This document shows positions 18,945 to 29,331 of a DNA stretch of 64,000 bases, one piece after another. The DNA comes from Candidatus Spongiisociaceae bacterium (GTDB taxonomy: Bacteria > Actinomycetota > Acidimicrobiia > Spongiisociales > Spongiisociaceae), in NCBI GenBank assembly GCA_965262915.1, contig OZ253564.1:2560001-2624000 (forward strand), written 5' to 3'. Below the pieces are notes generated by a model. That model ran no database searches. It was given only the letters and a program-made list of their open reading frames with translations, and was not told where the DNA came from. The position numbers and the translations under genes were made by a program. How positions within the stretch are numbered: position 1 is the stretch's first letter; every line of letters begins with the position of its first letter.

Positions 18945-20312
18945 CTACCAGATAGCCCAGAGGTGCGATGGAGATTTCGGGAAGAGCGCATCGAGCACCA
19001 CACGCGCCGTTGGACTCCTGATCTCACAGTCGGGGAAGGCATACTCGAGTTCCTCCGAGGAACGGAAGCCGAAGAGCAGCTGTAAGAAGGTCAGCCCGGG
19101 GAAGAGAGCGTCCGACGATCCACGGTCCAGCCAGCTATCGCCCCGCGCAGGATTGCGCCGTCGTTCCACTCGGGCGAGGCGCCCGTTGTCGAATAACAGG
19201 TCCACTCCGTAGTCGATGAAGCCTATGGACAGTTCACCGGTGTGACCGGCCGCGTCCGAGCCGACCAGACGACCCTCCAGCACAGGGGCGACGTGGCGTA
19301 TGAAGCCAGGGATATCGGCGATGCGGACATACCAGGCACGAGGGCGCTCCCAGTGCGACGTTGCGTCCTCGACGACTCCGTACACCGGATGTTCCGTGCT
19401 CAACGCAAACATCACATCGCGAAACGATCCGGATCCGTCCCGCGCGGCGTACTCCGCGCCGGTCCCGCGGAGGTACCGAACGACGCCGGGAGTGACCTCG
19501 CGCCACGATGTTTCGCCTTCCAGCTCGTAGAGAAGCACCACCAGATCGCCGTACCATAGCTCCCGAGCGTGAGCGAGGAGACCGACCGGTGCACCCGTCG
19601 CGGCCTCCACAACGCATATCTCGGTCAATCCGTAGGTATCCTCGCTCCTCCCGAACAGTTCGTACCACCACAGCCCCTCGTCGCGCACACACGAGAGGAG
19701 GTAACGACTCATGCCTTTGTCGTACACGCGTGACACGAAAGGTATATCGCCCTCCGCCGCCCGGCGCACCCTGTAGGGACCCTCTGCGCCGTCGGTCGGC
19801 GCCGGCCCACCGGACCAGGAGCACGCGTGGCCGAACCCGTACTCCACCGCCATCTCGTACCCGAACTGGCGGTAGTACCACGGTATCCCGGAGATGACCT
19901 GCATCTGTTCCCCGCGCGCGGCGCTCAGGTCATGGACCGCTCCCATCTGAGCGCGTACCAGTCCTCCCCTGCGATAGTCGGGATGGGTGGACACCAACTC
20001 GATACGGCCGGCCGCTACCTCGATGCCGCCGTATGACCACGTTTGGGCGATCAGGTTCAGCATCGACACGATGGCGCCGGTGTCGGTGTCCTCCACCAAG
20101 GTGAAATCCCCGGGCCCGAAACCCGGAAGAGCTCCGCTCATCAGGTCCCTGGTCCAGACTCTGAACGGCTCACCGGATTCGCCCGGACGCGCATGAACCT
20201 GAGCCTGAAACTCGGCAGCGGCCTCGGTATCCCCCGCGGTCGCCTGTCTCAAGATGAGACCCTCGCCCAAATCCCTCAGAATGGGCCGGGTTAGCTCGGT
20301 ACTCTTACGCAT
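18945..20312 (-). CDS. GNAT family N-acetyltransferase (Eis-like)
   Basis: ELVSTHPDYRRGGLVR motif A, GIPWYYRQFGYE. Confidence 0.85.
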   Translation of the reverse strand: MRKSTELTRPILRDLGEGLILRQATAGDTEAAAEFQAQVHARPGESGEPFRVWTRDLMSGALPGFGPGDFTLVEDTDTGAIVSMLNLIAQTWSYGGIEVAAGRIELVSTHPDYRRGGLVRAQMGAVHDLSAARGEQMQVISGIPWYYRQFGYEMAVEYGFGHACSWSGGPAPTDGAEGPYRVRRAAEGDIPFVSRVYDKGMSRYLLSCVRDEGLWWYELFGRSEDTYGLTEICVVEAATGAPVGLLAHARELWYGDLVVLLYELEGETSWREVTPGVVRYLRGTGAEYAARDGSGSFRDVMFALSTEHPVYGVVEDATSHWERPRAWYVRIADIPGFIRHVAPVLEGRLVGSDAAGHTGELSIGFIDYGVDLLFDNGRLARVERRRNPARGDSWLDRGSSDALFPGLTFLQLLFGFRSSEELEYAFPDCEIRSPTARVVLDALFPKSPSHLWAIW

Positions 20313-20452
20313 CTAGTACGGTCCGCGCCCGAACTCGACAACTCTATTCGAGCGAGTCGTCACGGGGAGAACCCACGACGATGTCCTATCCGGGCAGGTT
20401 CCGGGAGTTGATGGATTGGGGCTCCAAGTACTCGGGGCCACCCGGCATCCCC

Positions 20453-21397
20453 CTACCCGAGTACCTCGGCGAGCTCGGTCACCAGCTCTCGGCTTGGATC
20501 ACCGGCCCGCTTCATCGCCTCGATTGCTATCAACTCGAAGAGATCGTCGTCGATGCCCTCGGCGTCCGCCAACCGTCTCAACTCATCCCGGTAGGCCTGC
20601 AACTCGGGGATCGTCCTCTCGGCCTGCCAGATCTTCGGAATTCGGGCCGGATACGTCAACGTATTGAGCGAGAGCCTTGCCTTGTCGGAGGTGTTCGGAA
20701 GCGCCCGGTGAACTGCGCAACTGTGCCACATGAGGAAGTCACCGACCTCCATCGGCGACGAAGTCCACACACCGTCGATGTCCCTATCCGGTACACCTTT
20801 CTGTGCTCGTCCCTTGAAGCCGACCGAGTAGGTGCCTGGAAGCTCTACGTGGTCGATGAGCCCGTGTTTCTCCGACCCGGCAGCGATCGCCAGGCCACCG
20901 TTGGCGATCTCGAGGTCCATCAGCGGGATCCAGATCATCCGGAACCGATCCGTCTGCTGGATGTAGAAGAAATCCTGGTGAGGCGGCGTGACATGCGGGG
21001 TATCCGAGGGCATTGCGTGGCGAAAGCCGACCGTAGGAGCGATATATCCCGGTTCGCCGTAGGCGATGTCGATTGCCTCCTGCAATTCAGTCGATGTCGT
21101 GATGTCAAGCCATGAGGTCAGGGCATAGATCGGATCGTCATCGATATCGGTGTGGGTGAGCCCTGGTCTTACCAGCGGCTCCGATGTGTCCGGCTCCAGG
21201 ATTCCTTGCCTCTGGAGCTCGGCAACGGCGTCGGCTTTTGTCTTCAGCACGAGATCCTTGTCGAGCACACCCTTGAAGAACAGGTAGCTGTTCTCCTCGA
21301 AGAAACGCCGGATGTCGACAGGGTTGTCGACGCCGACTCTCACCTCTTGAAACGGAGCAAGTTCCTCCTCATTCACACGTTCAGCACCCTCCCACAT
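20453..21397 (-). CDS. Phytanoyl-CoA dioxygenase (PhyH) family Fe/2OG dioxygenase
   Basis: PPHQD, WIPL, GGL..AAGS, GDFLMWH...HRA, R-x-S. Confidence 0.88.
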   Translation of the reverse strand: MWEGAERVNEEELAPFQEVRVGVDNPVDIRRFFEENSYLFFKGVLDKDLVLKTKADAVAELQRQGILEPDTSEPLVRPGLTHTDIDDDPIYALTSWLDITTSTELQEAIDIAYGEPGYIAPTVGFRHAMPSDTPHVTPPHQDFFYIQQTDRFRMIWIPLMDLEIANGGLAIAAGSEKHGLIDHVELPGTYSVGFKGRAQKGVPDRDIDGVWTSSPMEVGDFLMWHSCAVHRALPNTSDKARLSLNTLTYPARIPKIWQAERTIPELQAYRDELRRLADAEGIDDDLFELIAIEAMKRAGDPSRELVTELAEVLG

Positions 21398-21530
21398 GGT
21401 TTCCTCCCAAGGTTCCAAGTACCCTCCGACACCGTAGCATCCGGCGTGGTCGCACCCGGACCTCGTAACAACTTTCGAGCTCACCGACACCGATCCACGG
21501 GTAGAGTGTTTGTCGATCGGAGCAGAGGGC

Positions 21531-22910
21531 ATGGGCGTGAATAGGCCGACCGGCAACAAGACGCGGGTCGCGATCGGGTGTGGAAGTTCATCATCGGTAT
21601 GCCGGCTCGAGGAGGCAGAGCGGCTCCTCGAGAGCGGTGAGGTCGAGTATCTGGCATTCGATCGCCTCGCAGAGCGCACCAGTGCCCAGATGCACCTGGC
21701 GAGAACCAGGGGCCTGCGCGCTTACTCGCCGCAGTGGGAGGACTACCTCACGGCATTGCTGCCGGAGGCTCGTCGCCGCGGCGTAGCGTTGGTGAGCAAT
21801 GCCGGAGGCGAGGACACCGCGGCAGGCCTCGACGCATCGGTGCGCGTGGCTCGCGACCTGGACCTGGTGGGGCTCAGGGTTGCTGCGACGATTCCGCGGC
21901 AGGATCCTATGGAGGCCGTCCGCGCCGTCGATCCGACGGTCTCGGAGACGGGCAAACCCGTATCGGAACTCGATGGAGAGGTCATCGGCGCAACCGTGTA
22001 CGAGAGCGCGTGGCCGGTCGTGGAGGCGCTCCACGATGGGGCGGACGTCGTAGTTACCGGTCGGGTCGGCGATTCGGCCCTCTACATGGCGCCACTGGCT
22101 TTCGAGTATCAGTGGGACAGAGACGAGTGGGACCTCCTCGCCAGAGGCATGGCTGTCGGCCACCTCATGGAGTGCGGAGGGCAGTTGACCGGCGGGTACT
22201 ACGCGGCGCCGCCGTACAAGGTGGTTCCCGGTCTCGCCAGCCTCGGCCTGCCCTACGCGGTGGTCGACCCGGACGGCAACGCCGAGTACCGGAAAGTGGC
22301 CGGTACGGGCGGAAAGATCACGGCCGGGACGGTCAAGGAGCAGCTTCTATACGAAATCGGGGACCCGGCTCGCTACGTTCACACCGACGTTGTCGTCGAC
22401 TTCACCGGAGCCACGATCTCGGACCTCGGCGACGATCGGGTGAGGATGAAGGGCATCGCCGGCCATCCGGCACCCCAGACCCTCAAAGTGCTGCTGGCGG
22501 TCAGAGAAGGGTTCATCGGCGAGAGTTATGTCACCTTCGGAGGCGGCGGTGCCCTCGAGAGAGCTCAGCTCGCGGCCGAGACGATGCGTGAGCGGGTTGA
22601 CATCATGGGCCTGCCGCTCCTGGAGTTTCGTGCCGGCTTCATGGGTATCGACTCGCTGGGTAGGGGTTGGGGCGACGGAGCGGTGGTTCCCCGCGAGGTC
22701 ACGCTCCATCTCGCGGCCAGATTCCGGACGAGAAAAGCGGCCGAGGAGTTCGTCTTCGACGCCTTCATGGGTGCCGGCAACCACTACGCGCCGGCGGCCG
22801 GTACTCCGGGGCGACAGCTTCTTCCGGTCGACGACACACCGAGCATCTACACGACGTTCATCGACAAGGAGGACATGAAACCGTCGATGCTCGAGATACG
22901 GGAGGCATGA
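21531..22910 (+). CDS. Acyclic terpene utilization AtuA family protein
   Basis: FDRLAER, SNAGG, GADVVVTGRVGDS, GHLMECGGQLTGG, KEQLLYEIGDP. Confidence 0.88.
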   Translation: MGVNRPTGNKTRVAIGCGSSSSVCRLEEAERLLESGEVEYLAFDRLAERTSAQMHLARTRGLRAYSPQWEDYLTALLPEARRRGVALVSNAGGEDTAAGLDASVRVARDLDLVGLRVAATIPRQDPMEAVRAVDPTVSETGKPVSELDGEVIGATVYESAWPVVEALHDGADVVVTGRVGDSALYMAPLAFEYQWDRDEWDLLARGMAVGHLMECGGQLTGGYYAAPPYKVVPGLASLGLPYAVVDPDGNAEYRKVAGTGGKITAGTVKEQLLYEIGDPARYVHTDVVVDFTGATISDLGDDRVRMKGIAGHPAPQTLKVLLAVREGFIGESYVTFGGGGALERAQLAAETMRERVDIMGLPLLEFRAGFMGIDSLGRGWGDGAVVPREVTLHLAARFRTRKAAEEFVFDAFMGAGNHYAPAAGTPGRQLLPVDDTPSIYTTFIDKEDMKPSMLEIREA

Positions 22911-22913
22911 GCA

Positions 22914-23276
22914 TTGCCTGACGCAGGAACGAAGCGGGTTGCGTTGCGTGAACTGGCTCACTCCCGCGCCGGTGACAAGGGCGACGACGTCAACCTGGGC
23001 CTGGTCGCCTACCTGCCGGAGTTCTACCCGGTGTTGTTGCGGGAAGTGACGCCGGAACGGGTGAAGAGCTACTTCGGGACTCTGGTCAAGGGCGAGGTCC
23101 AGAGGTACGAGCTTCCCAAGATTCATGCGTTGAACTTCGTGCTGACCAACGCCCTCGAAGGAGGGTCGTCCAAATCGTTGCGCCAGGACCTCCACGGCAA
23201 GGCCCTCAGCGGACCCTTCCTCGACATGGAAATCGATATTCCCGCCGATCTTCCCGAGGCGGACTTCCCATACTAG
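22914..23276 (+). CDS. AtuA-related small ferredoxin-fold protein
   Basis: AHSRAGDKGD, ALNFVL, DLHGKALS; TTG start with GGAGG. Confidence 0.85.
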   Translation: MPDAGTKRVALRELAHSRAGDKGDDVNLGLVAYLPEFYPVLLREVTPERVKSYFGTLVKGEVQRYELPKIHALNFVLTNALEGGSSKSLRQDLHGKALSGPFLDMEIDIPADLPEADFPY

Positions 23277-23440
23277 TGGTCTGTCTGCGAAACAACTTGG
23301 CGTGCTCTGCTTGCCATCGACGCTCCTCGCGGCGTTTCGCCTCCTTGATGTACCGCTGCGGGTACGCCTTCGTCGGCGGGCCTTGCGAGGAGCGCCGCTG
23401 CCAGCGCATATCACGCCGCCGTTTCACAGACTGACCACTG
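23273..23440. mobile_element. 168-bp MITE/REP-like element, family C
   Basis: TIRs CTAGTGGTCTGTCTGCGAAA / TTTCACAGACTGACCACTG; internal stem GCTCCTCGC/GCGAGGAGC; fills the whole intergenic gap. Confidence 0.7.
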
Positions 23441-24523
23441 ATGGAGCGGCTCATCCAGGGGGTCGATGGCCCGCTTCGGCCGGAGGATCTCGGACGGACG
23501 CTTTCCCACGAACACGTCTTCATCGACCTTCGCCCCCTCTGGTCACCTCCATCAGGGGTCGTCGCACTCGCCAACGCCTACGCGCCACTCACTATCGAGT
23601 TGATCAGCGCCCTGAGGAGAGATGTGCTCGGGAACCTCGACAACCTGGTTCTCGACGACGTGCCGACGGCCGTGGCAGAACTCACGGCGTTTCGGGGCGT
23701 CGGTGGTGACACGGTCATCGAGATGAGCGTTCCCGACATCGGGCGGGATGTGGAAGCCCTGCTTGCTGCGTCGCGTCTGTCCGGCGTGAAGATCATTGCC
23801 GGAAGTGGCCACTACATCGAGGCCTCACATCCGGAGGGCCTCTCCGATGAACCCGTCGATTCGATCGCGGAACGCCTGATTCTCGAGTTGGAAGAAGGAG
23901 TGGGATCGACGGGAATCAGGACCGGGGTCCTGGGCGAGATCGGTACGTCCGCTCCCATCGGCCGCACCGAGGAGAAAGTGCTGCGAGCCACGGGACGCGC
24001 CCACGTAGCAACCGGAGCACCGATTGCGGTCCACCTCTCGCCCCCACGGGAGGGCTGGTGGCAGGGTCACGAGGTTCTGGACATCCTCGAGGAAGAGGGC
24101 GTCTCCCCGGAGAGAGTGCTGCTGAGCCACCTCGACAACGTCCTCGGTGTCGGCGCGGCGCTCGATCGCGCTCTCATCTACCAGAAGGAACTCGGAGAGC
24201 GGGGCTGCTTCATCGGGTATGACGGGTGCGGCAAGGAGCACTACTTTCCGGCCCGACCGGGCTCCCCCTTCCCTCCATTCTGGGTCCCGTCAGACCAGAT
24301 TCGGGCGCACGGTGTGGCCTGGCTGGTCGGAGCAGGGTTGCGAGACAAGATCCTTCTCTCGCAGGATCTCGGTATCAAGATCGAACTCGAATGCTTCGGA
24401 GGTTTCGGCTACACGCACATAATGAACACGTTCAGCATGTACCTCACCGACCTCGGCCTTGAGGGGAACACTGTGGAGCGGATGTTGACGGACAACACAC
24501 GCGCCTTCCTGTTCGGCATGTGA
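23441..24523 (+). CDS. Phosphotriesterase-family amidohydrolase
   Basis: LSHEH metal motif, GEIGTS, AVH, LSHLD, LLSQD, DNTRAFL. Confidence 0.9.
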   Translation: MERLIQGVDGPLRPEDLGRTLSHEHVFIDLRPLWSPPSGVVALANAYAPLTIELISALRRDVLGNLDNLVLDDVPTAVAELTAFRGVGGDTVIEMSVPDIGRDVEALLAASRLSGVKIIAGSGHYIEASHPEGLSDEPVDSIAERLILELEEGVGSTGIRTGVLGEIGTSAPIGRTEEKVLRATGRAHVATGAPIAVHLSPPREGWWQGHEVLDILEEEGVSPERVLLSHLDNVLGVGAALDRALIYQKELGERGCFIGYDGCGKEHYFPARPGSPFPPFWVPSDQIRAHGVAWLVGAGLRDKILLSQDLGIKIELECFGGFGYTHIMNTFSMYLTDLGLEGNTVERMLTDNTRAFLFGM

Positions 24524-24605
24524 CGGGTCGGCGAGCCCCCGGCCGGAGGAACGCGCGAGCGCTACAGCGTGCGACCGGCGACAGCCGGAGGTGCCGCGCC
24601 GCCAA

Positions 24606-24624
24606 TTCACAGACAGACCACTAG
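24606..24624. repeat. Family-C right end (TTCACAGACAGACCACTAG)
   Basis: Matches ends at 23422-23440 and 58111-58129. Confidence 0.55.
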
Positions 24625-24673
24625 GATCGGAGCGACACCTCTCCATCAAACAATCGGTGTTGCGGAGGATACG

Positions 24674-25963
24674 TTGTCGATCGTCAGAAGCCCGTACCTC
24701 CTGGTGGTGATCGCGCTGGTGGTGGCGGCCTGCGAGGGTACAGGGGACAGAATGGCACAGACCTCCACCACGGCGCCGCCCGCTCCGATAGCCACCAGGC
24801 CTCTGGTCGACGTCTCCTCGCTCAGCTGGTCCCGGGTGGCCCGCGACGATGCTGTCCTCGGCCGCGACGGCGACCAGTCGATGAATAGCGTCACGTCCGG
24901 CGGCCCAGGCTTCGTGGCAGTCGGAGCGGACGATTCGGACGGCGATCCGGACGCAGCCGTATGGACGTCCACCGACGGGATCACATGGTCCCGGGTCCCA
25001 CACGATGAGGCGGTGTTCGGCGGAGACGACGACCAGTCCATGAGCAGCCTGATAGCCGGCGGCCCCGGCCTGGTAGCCGTAGGAGCAGACGGAACGAACC
25101 TGCGAGGCCTCAACATCGATGCGGCCGTCTGGACCTCGATCGATGGGTTTACCTGGTCGCGCGTTCCCCACGAAGACGGGATCTTCGGCGGCGACGGCGA
25201 CCAGGTGATCAACAGCGTGGTCGTAGGCGGGCCGGGCCTCGTGGCGGTCGGATCCGAGACGATCCGTTTCGACGTCGACGCAGCGGTGTGGACTTCTTCT
25301 GATGGAATCACCTGGTCGCGCGTCCCCCATGACGAGGCGGTCTTCGGGGGCAGACGTGACCAGGTGATGTTGAGCGTGGTAGCCGGCGGCCCCGGCCTGG
25401 TAGCCGTCGGATCGGCCGGAACGGGCGGCGACCACGACGCTGCGGTGTGGATCTCCCCTGATGGGATCGGTTGGTCCCGGGTTGTCCATGACGAGGAGGT
25501 CTTCGGGGGCGAGAGCATCCAGGTCATGCATCACGTGACAGTCGCCGGGCCAGGCCTGGTGGCGCTGGGATTGGACGGACCTTTCGATGCTTCCTCGGCT
25601 GCGGCCTGGACCTCGTCGGATGGGATCGGTTGGTCGCGCGTTCCCCACGACGAGGAGCTCTTCGGAGGAAGAGGCAGCCAGGCCATGGTGGGCGCGACGA
25701 TCGGCGGAACCGGGATCGTGGCGGTCGGGTGGGACGGACCCTTCGACGCGCTCGATGCCGCGGTGTGGGGCTCGGCCGACGGGATCGGCTGGTCCCGGTT
25801 TCCCCACGACGACGAGGCCCTGGGCGGTCTGCGGGACCAGCGCATGCTCGACGTCGTCGCCGCAGAGCCTGGCCTGGTGGCGGTGGGTTTCGAGGGGCCC
25901 GGTTTCCAAGGGCTGGGTGGCGACTCCGATGCAGCCGTATGGGTGCTGGCGCAGGAGAACTAG
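24674..25963 (+). CDS. Lipoprotein with seven ~53-57 aa Asp-box (BNR-like) repeats, probable 7-bladed beta-propeller
   Basis: Lipobox VVAAC; repeated WSRVPHDE..FGG..Q....V..GGPGLVAVG...DAAVWTS.DG; TTG start after GGAGG. Confidence 0.8.
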   Translation: MSIVRSPYLLVVIALVVAACEGTGDRMAQTSTTAPPAPIATRPLVDVSSLSWSRVARDDAVLGRDGDQSMNSVTSGGPGFVAVGADDSDGDPDAAVWTSTDGITWSRVPHDEAVFGGDDDQSMSSLIAGGPGLVAVGADGTNLRGLNIDAAVWTSIDGFTWSRVPHEDGIFGGDGDQVINSVVVGGPGLVAVGSETIRFDVDAAVWTSSDGITWSRVPHDEAVFGGRRDQVMLSVVAGGPGLVAVGSAGTGGDHDAAVWISPDGIGWSRVVHDEEVFGGESIQVMHHVTVAGPGLVALGLDGPFDASSAAAWTSSDGIGWSRVPHDEELFGGRGSQAMVGATIGGTGIVAVGWDGPFDALDAAVWGSADGIGWSRFPHDDEALGGLRDQRMLDVVAAEPGLVAVGFEGPGFQGLGGDSDAAVWVLAQEN

Positions 25964-26007
25964 GAGGGTGGTGTAAAACCCCTTCACGGCCCGTCGACCG
26001 ATGACAT
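25960..26007 (-). mobile_element. Truncated family-B MITE, reverse orientation
   Basis: CTAGGAGGGTGGTGTAAAACCCCTTCACGGCCCGTCGACCGATGACAT is the reverse complement of the B right half. Confidence 0.8.
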
Positions 26008-26172
26008 CTGTGAGCGTAAGAGCCGACCCGGACGGGCGCGGGAGCCCGTCCGACCGACCTGCTACAGGTTGGTATTCGGGGCCCGGTCGGGTCTGGCCGG
26101 CCCGGGGCCCGAGTGCTCATTCATGCATGTCGCAATGGCTCAGGAGCAATCGGAACAGCAATCACCATCTGT

Positions 26173-28221
26173 TCAGCTCCCTCCGAGGACTGCGACTCCC
26201 CCGATACGCTCCCGCTCAGACTCCTCCGTGTAGTGGCATGCCACGCGGTGCGGGGATGTGCTGTCGATCTGTAGCAGTTGGGGTATCTCGTCCGTGCACC
26301 TTGCGGTGGCGAGCCAGCACCGGGTACGGAAGTGGCAACCCGACGGAGGGTCCGCCGCGCTGGGGATCTCACCCTGCAGCTCGATCCTGTCGGTGTACTC
26401 ATCCAGTTCCTTCGACGGTGCCGCCGAAAGAAGGGCCCGGGTGTACGGATGGACGGGGCGGGTGAACACCTCCTCGGAGGGCCCGTGCTCGACGATCCGT
26501 CCGAGGTACATGACCGCTACGTGGTTGGCTACGTGGCGCGCTACGGCAAGGTCGTGGGCGATGAAGACATAGGACAGCTTCGTATCCTGCTGGAGGTCGA
26601 ACAGCAGGTTGATGATCTGAGCCTGCACGGACACGTCGAGCGCCGACACCGGCTCATCGAGGACGAGAACGCGCGGTTGCACTGCCAGAGCCCGGGCGAG
26701 GGCGACCCTCTGACGCTGGCCGCCGGAGAACTCGTACGGCCTCTTGGAAAGCGAGTTCAAGTCGAGACCGACCGAGGCGATCAATTCGGCTGCTTTCTGG
26801 CCGCGATTCCCTGCGTACAGGCCGTTGGCACGCATGATCTCCTTCAAGGCATGGCCTATGCGCTGCCTCGGGTCGAAACTCGACGCCGGGTCCTGGTGAA
26901 CCAGCTGCACGTCTCGCCTGTACGCTCGAGCTTGACTTGCTTTGACATCCCCCAACTCCGATCCCTGGTAGATGAGGGCTCCGTTGGTGGGCGGCGTATA
27001 CAGGGCGATGACCCGCGCTGCTGTGGACTTGCCGCAACCTGATTCGCCGATGAGGGCGAGGGTTTGTCCTGTGAAGATGTCCAAGTCGATCTTGTCGACC
27101 GCTCGTACCTTCACATGCTTGCCGACCGCGAAGGTCTTTTCGAGGTCCCGTGTAGAAACGATTGCCTCGTCGTCGGCTGTCCGTCCGAGGCCAATCTCGA
27201 CGGCCACCTCGGCCACCTTCTCGCTTGCTGCAGATTCGGGTTCGCCGGTAATCGGGAAGTGGCACGCCACCGTACGATCCGGGCCCGCGCCAACGTGCTC
27301 CGGGACAACCGTGCGGCACGTGTCCTCATCGGCTCCACGGGGACACCGGGGGTGGAAGCTGCACCCGCTCGGCACGGCGGCCGGTGATGGGTGCCGGCCT
27401 GGTATCTCGGTGAGGCGGGTATCCCGATGCCTCAAAGACGGGCGGGCCTCGAACAGGGCGCGGGTGTAGTGATGGTCCTGCCGCCTGAAGAGGGAGGACG
27501 CCGGGGATGTCTCGACGATCTTCCCCGCGTACATGACAGCCACCTTGTCGGCGATCCCGGCCACCACTCCGAGATCGTGACTGATATAGAGGGCGGCGCA
27601 GCCGAACTCGTCCCGTATGTTCTCGAGCATTCGAAGGATCTGCGCCTGTATCGTCACATCCAGTGCCGTGGTCGGTTCGTCCAGGATCAACAGTTTCGGG
27701 TGATTGGCCACCGCGATGGCCGTCATCACTCGCTGTCGCATACCGCCCGAGAACTGGCCAGGATAGGCCCGGCGCCGGTTCTCCGGATCCGGGATCCCGA
27801 CGAGGCGCAAGAGCTCGAGCACGCGCCGGCCGAGGGCGGCCCTTGAAATGCGCCGGTCGTGGGCCTTGATGGCCTCGGCGATCTGGTCATCGATCCGCAG
27901 AACGGGGTTCAGCGCGCTCAGCGGATCCTGGAAGACAACCGCCATGTCCTTGCCGCGTATGTCTCGCATCTTCCGCTCGGACAGAGACATCAGATCCTGG
28001 CCATCGAATCGCAGCCGGTCTACCTTGACGGTCGCCCCCGGGATATCGATCAGGCGAAGTATCGAGAGGGCGGTCAGGGACTTGCCGGATCCGGACTCTC
28101 CGACGAGGCCGAGTGTCTCGCCTGGTTTGATGTCCAGATCGACATCGTGCACGACTTGGCTACGGGTGCCCTCGATGGGGATCTCGACCGTGAGTCCGCG
28201 GACTTCCAAGAGGGCGCTCAC
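26173..28221 (-). CDS. Fused double-domain oligopeptide ABC ATP-binding protein
   Basis: Two Walker A motifs (GESGSGKS, GESGCGKS), two SGG signatures, two C-terminal Cys motifs. Confidence 0.92.
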   Translation of the reverse strand: MSALLEVRGLTVEIPIEGTRSQVVHDVDLDIKPGETLGLVGESGSGKSLTALSILRLIDIPGATVKVDRLRFDGQDLMSLSERKMRDIRGKDMAVVFQDPLSALNPVLRIDDQIAEAIKAHDRRISRAALGRRVLELLRLVGIPDPENRRRAYPGQFSGGMRQRVMTAIAVANHPKLLILDEPTTALDVTIQAQILRMLENIRDEFGCAALYISHDLGVVAGIADKVAVMYAGKIVETSPASSLFRRQDHHYTRALFEARPSLRHRDTRLTEIPGRHPSPAAVPSGCSFHPRCPRGADEDTCRTVVPEHVGAGPDRTVACHFPITGEPESAASEKVAEVAVEIGLGRTADDEAIVSTRDLEKTFAVGKHVKVRAVDKIDLDIFTGQTLALIGESGCGKSTAARVIALYTPPTNGALIYQGSELGDVKASQARAYRRDVQLVHQDPASSFDPRQRIGHALKEIMRANGLYAGNRGQKAAELIASVGLDLNSLSKRPYEFSGGQRQRVALARALAVQPRVLVLDEPVSALDVSVQAQIINLLFDLQQDTKLSYVFIAHDLAVARHVANHVAVMYLGRIVEHGPSEEVFTRPVHPYTRALLSAAPSKELDEYTDRIELQGEIPSAADPPSGCHFRTRCWLATARCTDEIPQLLQIDSTSPHRVACHYTEESERERIGGVAVLGGS

Positions 28222-28343
28222 TGTTCACAACCCTTCGAGGGGGGCTGTCGTGCGCCGAAACCCGCCTTCGGGGCCGAATTCCCGGGCGGGCAAAACGTAC
28301 ATGGTGCAGGACCTCACATTCGACACGCTACACGCTGTTTCAG

Positions 28344-29321
28344 TCAGGCGACCCGGAAATGCGGTCCCTGACCGCGGCTTATCCGATCGCAGTTCTCCAC
28401 CGCCAACGCGGCGCGGCGTCGATAAGTGCCGTCGGTGCCGCCCGAGATGTGTGGTGTGATGATGACGTTGCTCAAGCCGTAGAGGGGTGATGTGAGGGGG
28501 AACGGCTCCTCGCCGAAGACATCGAGACCGGCGCCGGCCAGGCGACCATTTACGAGAGCGTCGGACATGGCTGCTTCGTCTATCAGCGCGCCGCGGGCGA
28601 CGTTGATCACGTAGGCGGATGGCGGGAGCAGCCGGAGTCGGCGCCCGTCGAGCATGTGATGAGTCTCGTCGTTGAGAGGTAGGTGCATGGAGACGAAGTC
28701 CAGATGCGGCAGCATCTCGTCGAGACGTTCCGGACCGGCGACGGACTCGAGGCGGAACAGCTCGATGTCCTCCGATGAAACAGGCTGTTTCTCGATGGCC
28801 ATGATCCGCATCCCGAATGCCAATGCCCTGGTCGCCAGGGCGCGGGCGCTCGCTCCGAACCCGACCAGTCCCAGGACACGGTCCTCCAGTTCCATCCCGA
28901 AGGGCGTGCTCCACCTCTGGGCCTCCGCCATGGCCCTTGCCTCCGGATACCGCCGGGCGAGCATCAGAATCTGCATCATCGCGAACTCGGCAAGCGCCAC
29001 GGCGCTGTTGGGACCGGGGCAATGGGCGGTGACCATGCCTTGGGAGCCCCAGTAGTCGAGTTCGAAATGGTCGAGGCCGTAACCCAACACCTGCCAGAGA
29101 CGCACCGAGGTGGCTGCGTGTAGCATCCGCCTCGTCCCTACCGACCCTCCGAGATCTATCACTACGTCTATATCCTCGAACTGTGGCTCGAGCTCGGCTG
29201 AGTGATCGAAGAAGATCAGCTCGTGCCTCCCGGCTCGATCGAACGCGAGTCTTATCGCATCATCGGGAATCGACGAGAAACTCGGATCGTAAGCCGGCAG
29301 GTAGAGGACCTTCAGCGGCAA
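28344..29321 (-). CDS. D-isomer-specific 2-hydroxyacid dehydrogenase
   Basis: GLVGFGAS, INVARG, AGLDVF, ITPHISG. Confidence 0.9.
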   Translation of the reverse strand: MPLKVLYLPAYDPSFSSIPDDAIRLAFDRAGRHELIFFDHSAELEPQFEDIDVVIDLGGSVGTRRMLHAATSVRLWQVLGYGLDHFELDYWGSQGMVTAHCPGPNSAVALAEFAMMQILMLARRYPEARAMAEAQRWSTPFGMELEDRVLGLVGFGASARALATRALAFGMRIMAIEKQPVSSEDIELFRLESVAGPERLDEMLPHLDFVSMHLPLNDETHHMLDGRRLRLLPPSAYVINVARGALIDEAAMSDALVNGRLAGAGLDVFGEEPFPLTSPLYGLSNVIITPHISGGTDGTYRRRAALAVENCDRISRGQGPHFRVA

Positions 29322-29331
29322 ATGGGATCTC

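Noticed and set aside
21531-23276. Split AtuA as a frameshifted pseudogene
   Set aside because: The two-gene arrangement is common and the second gene has its own RBS.
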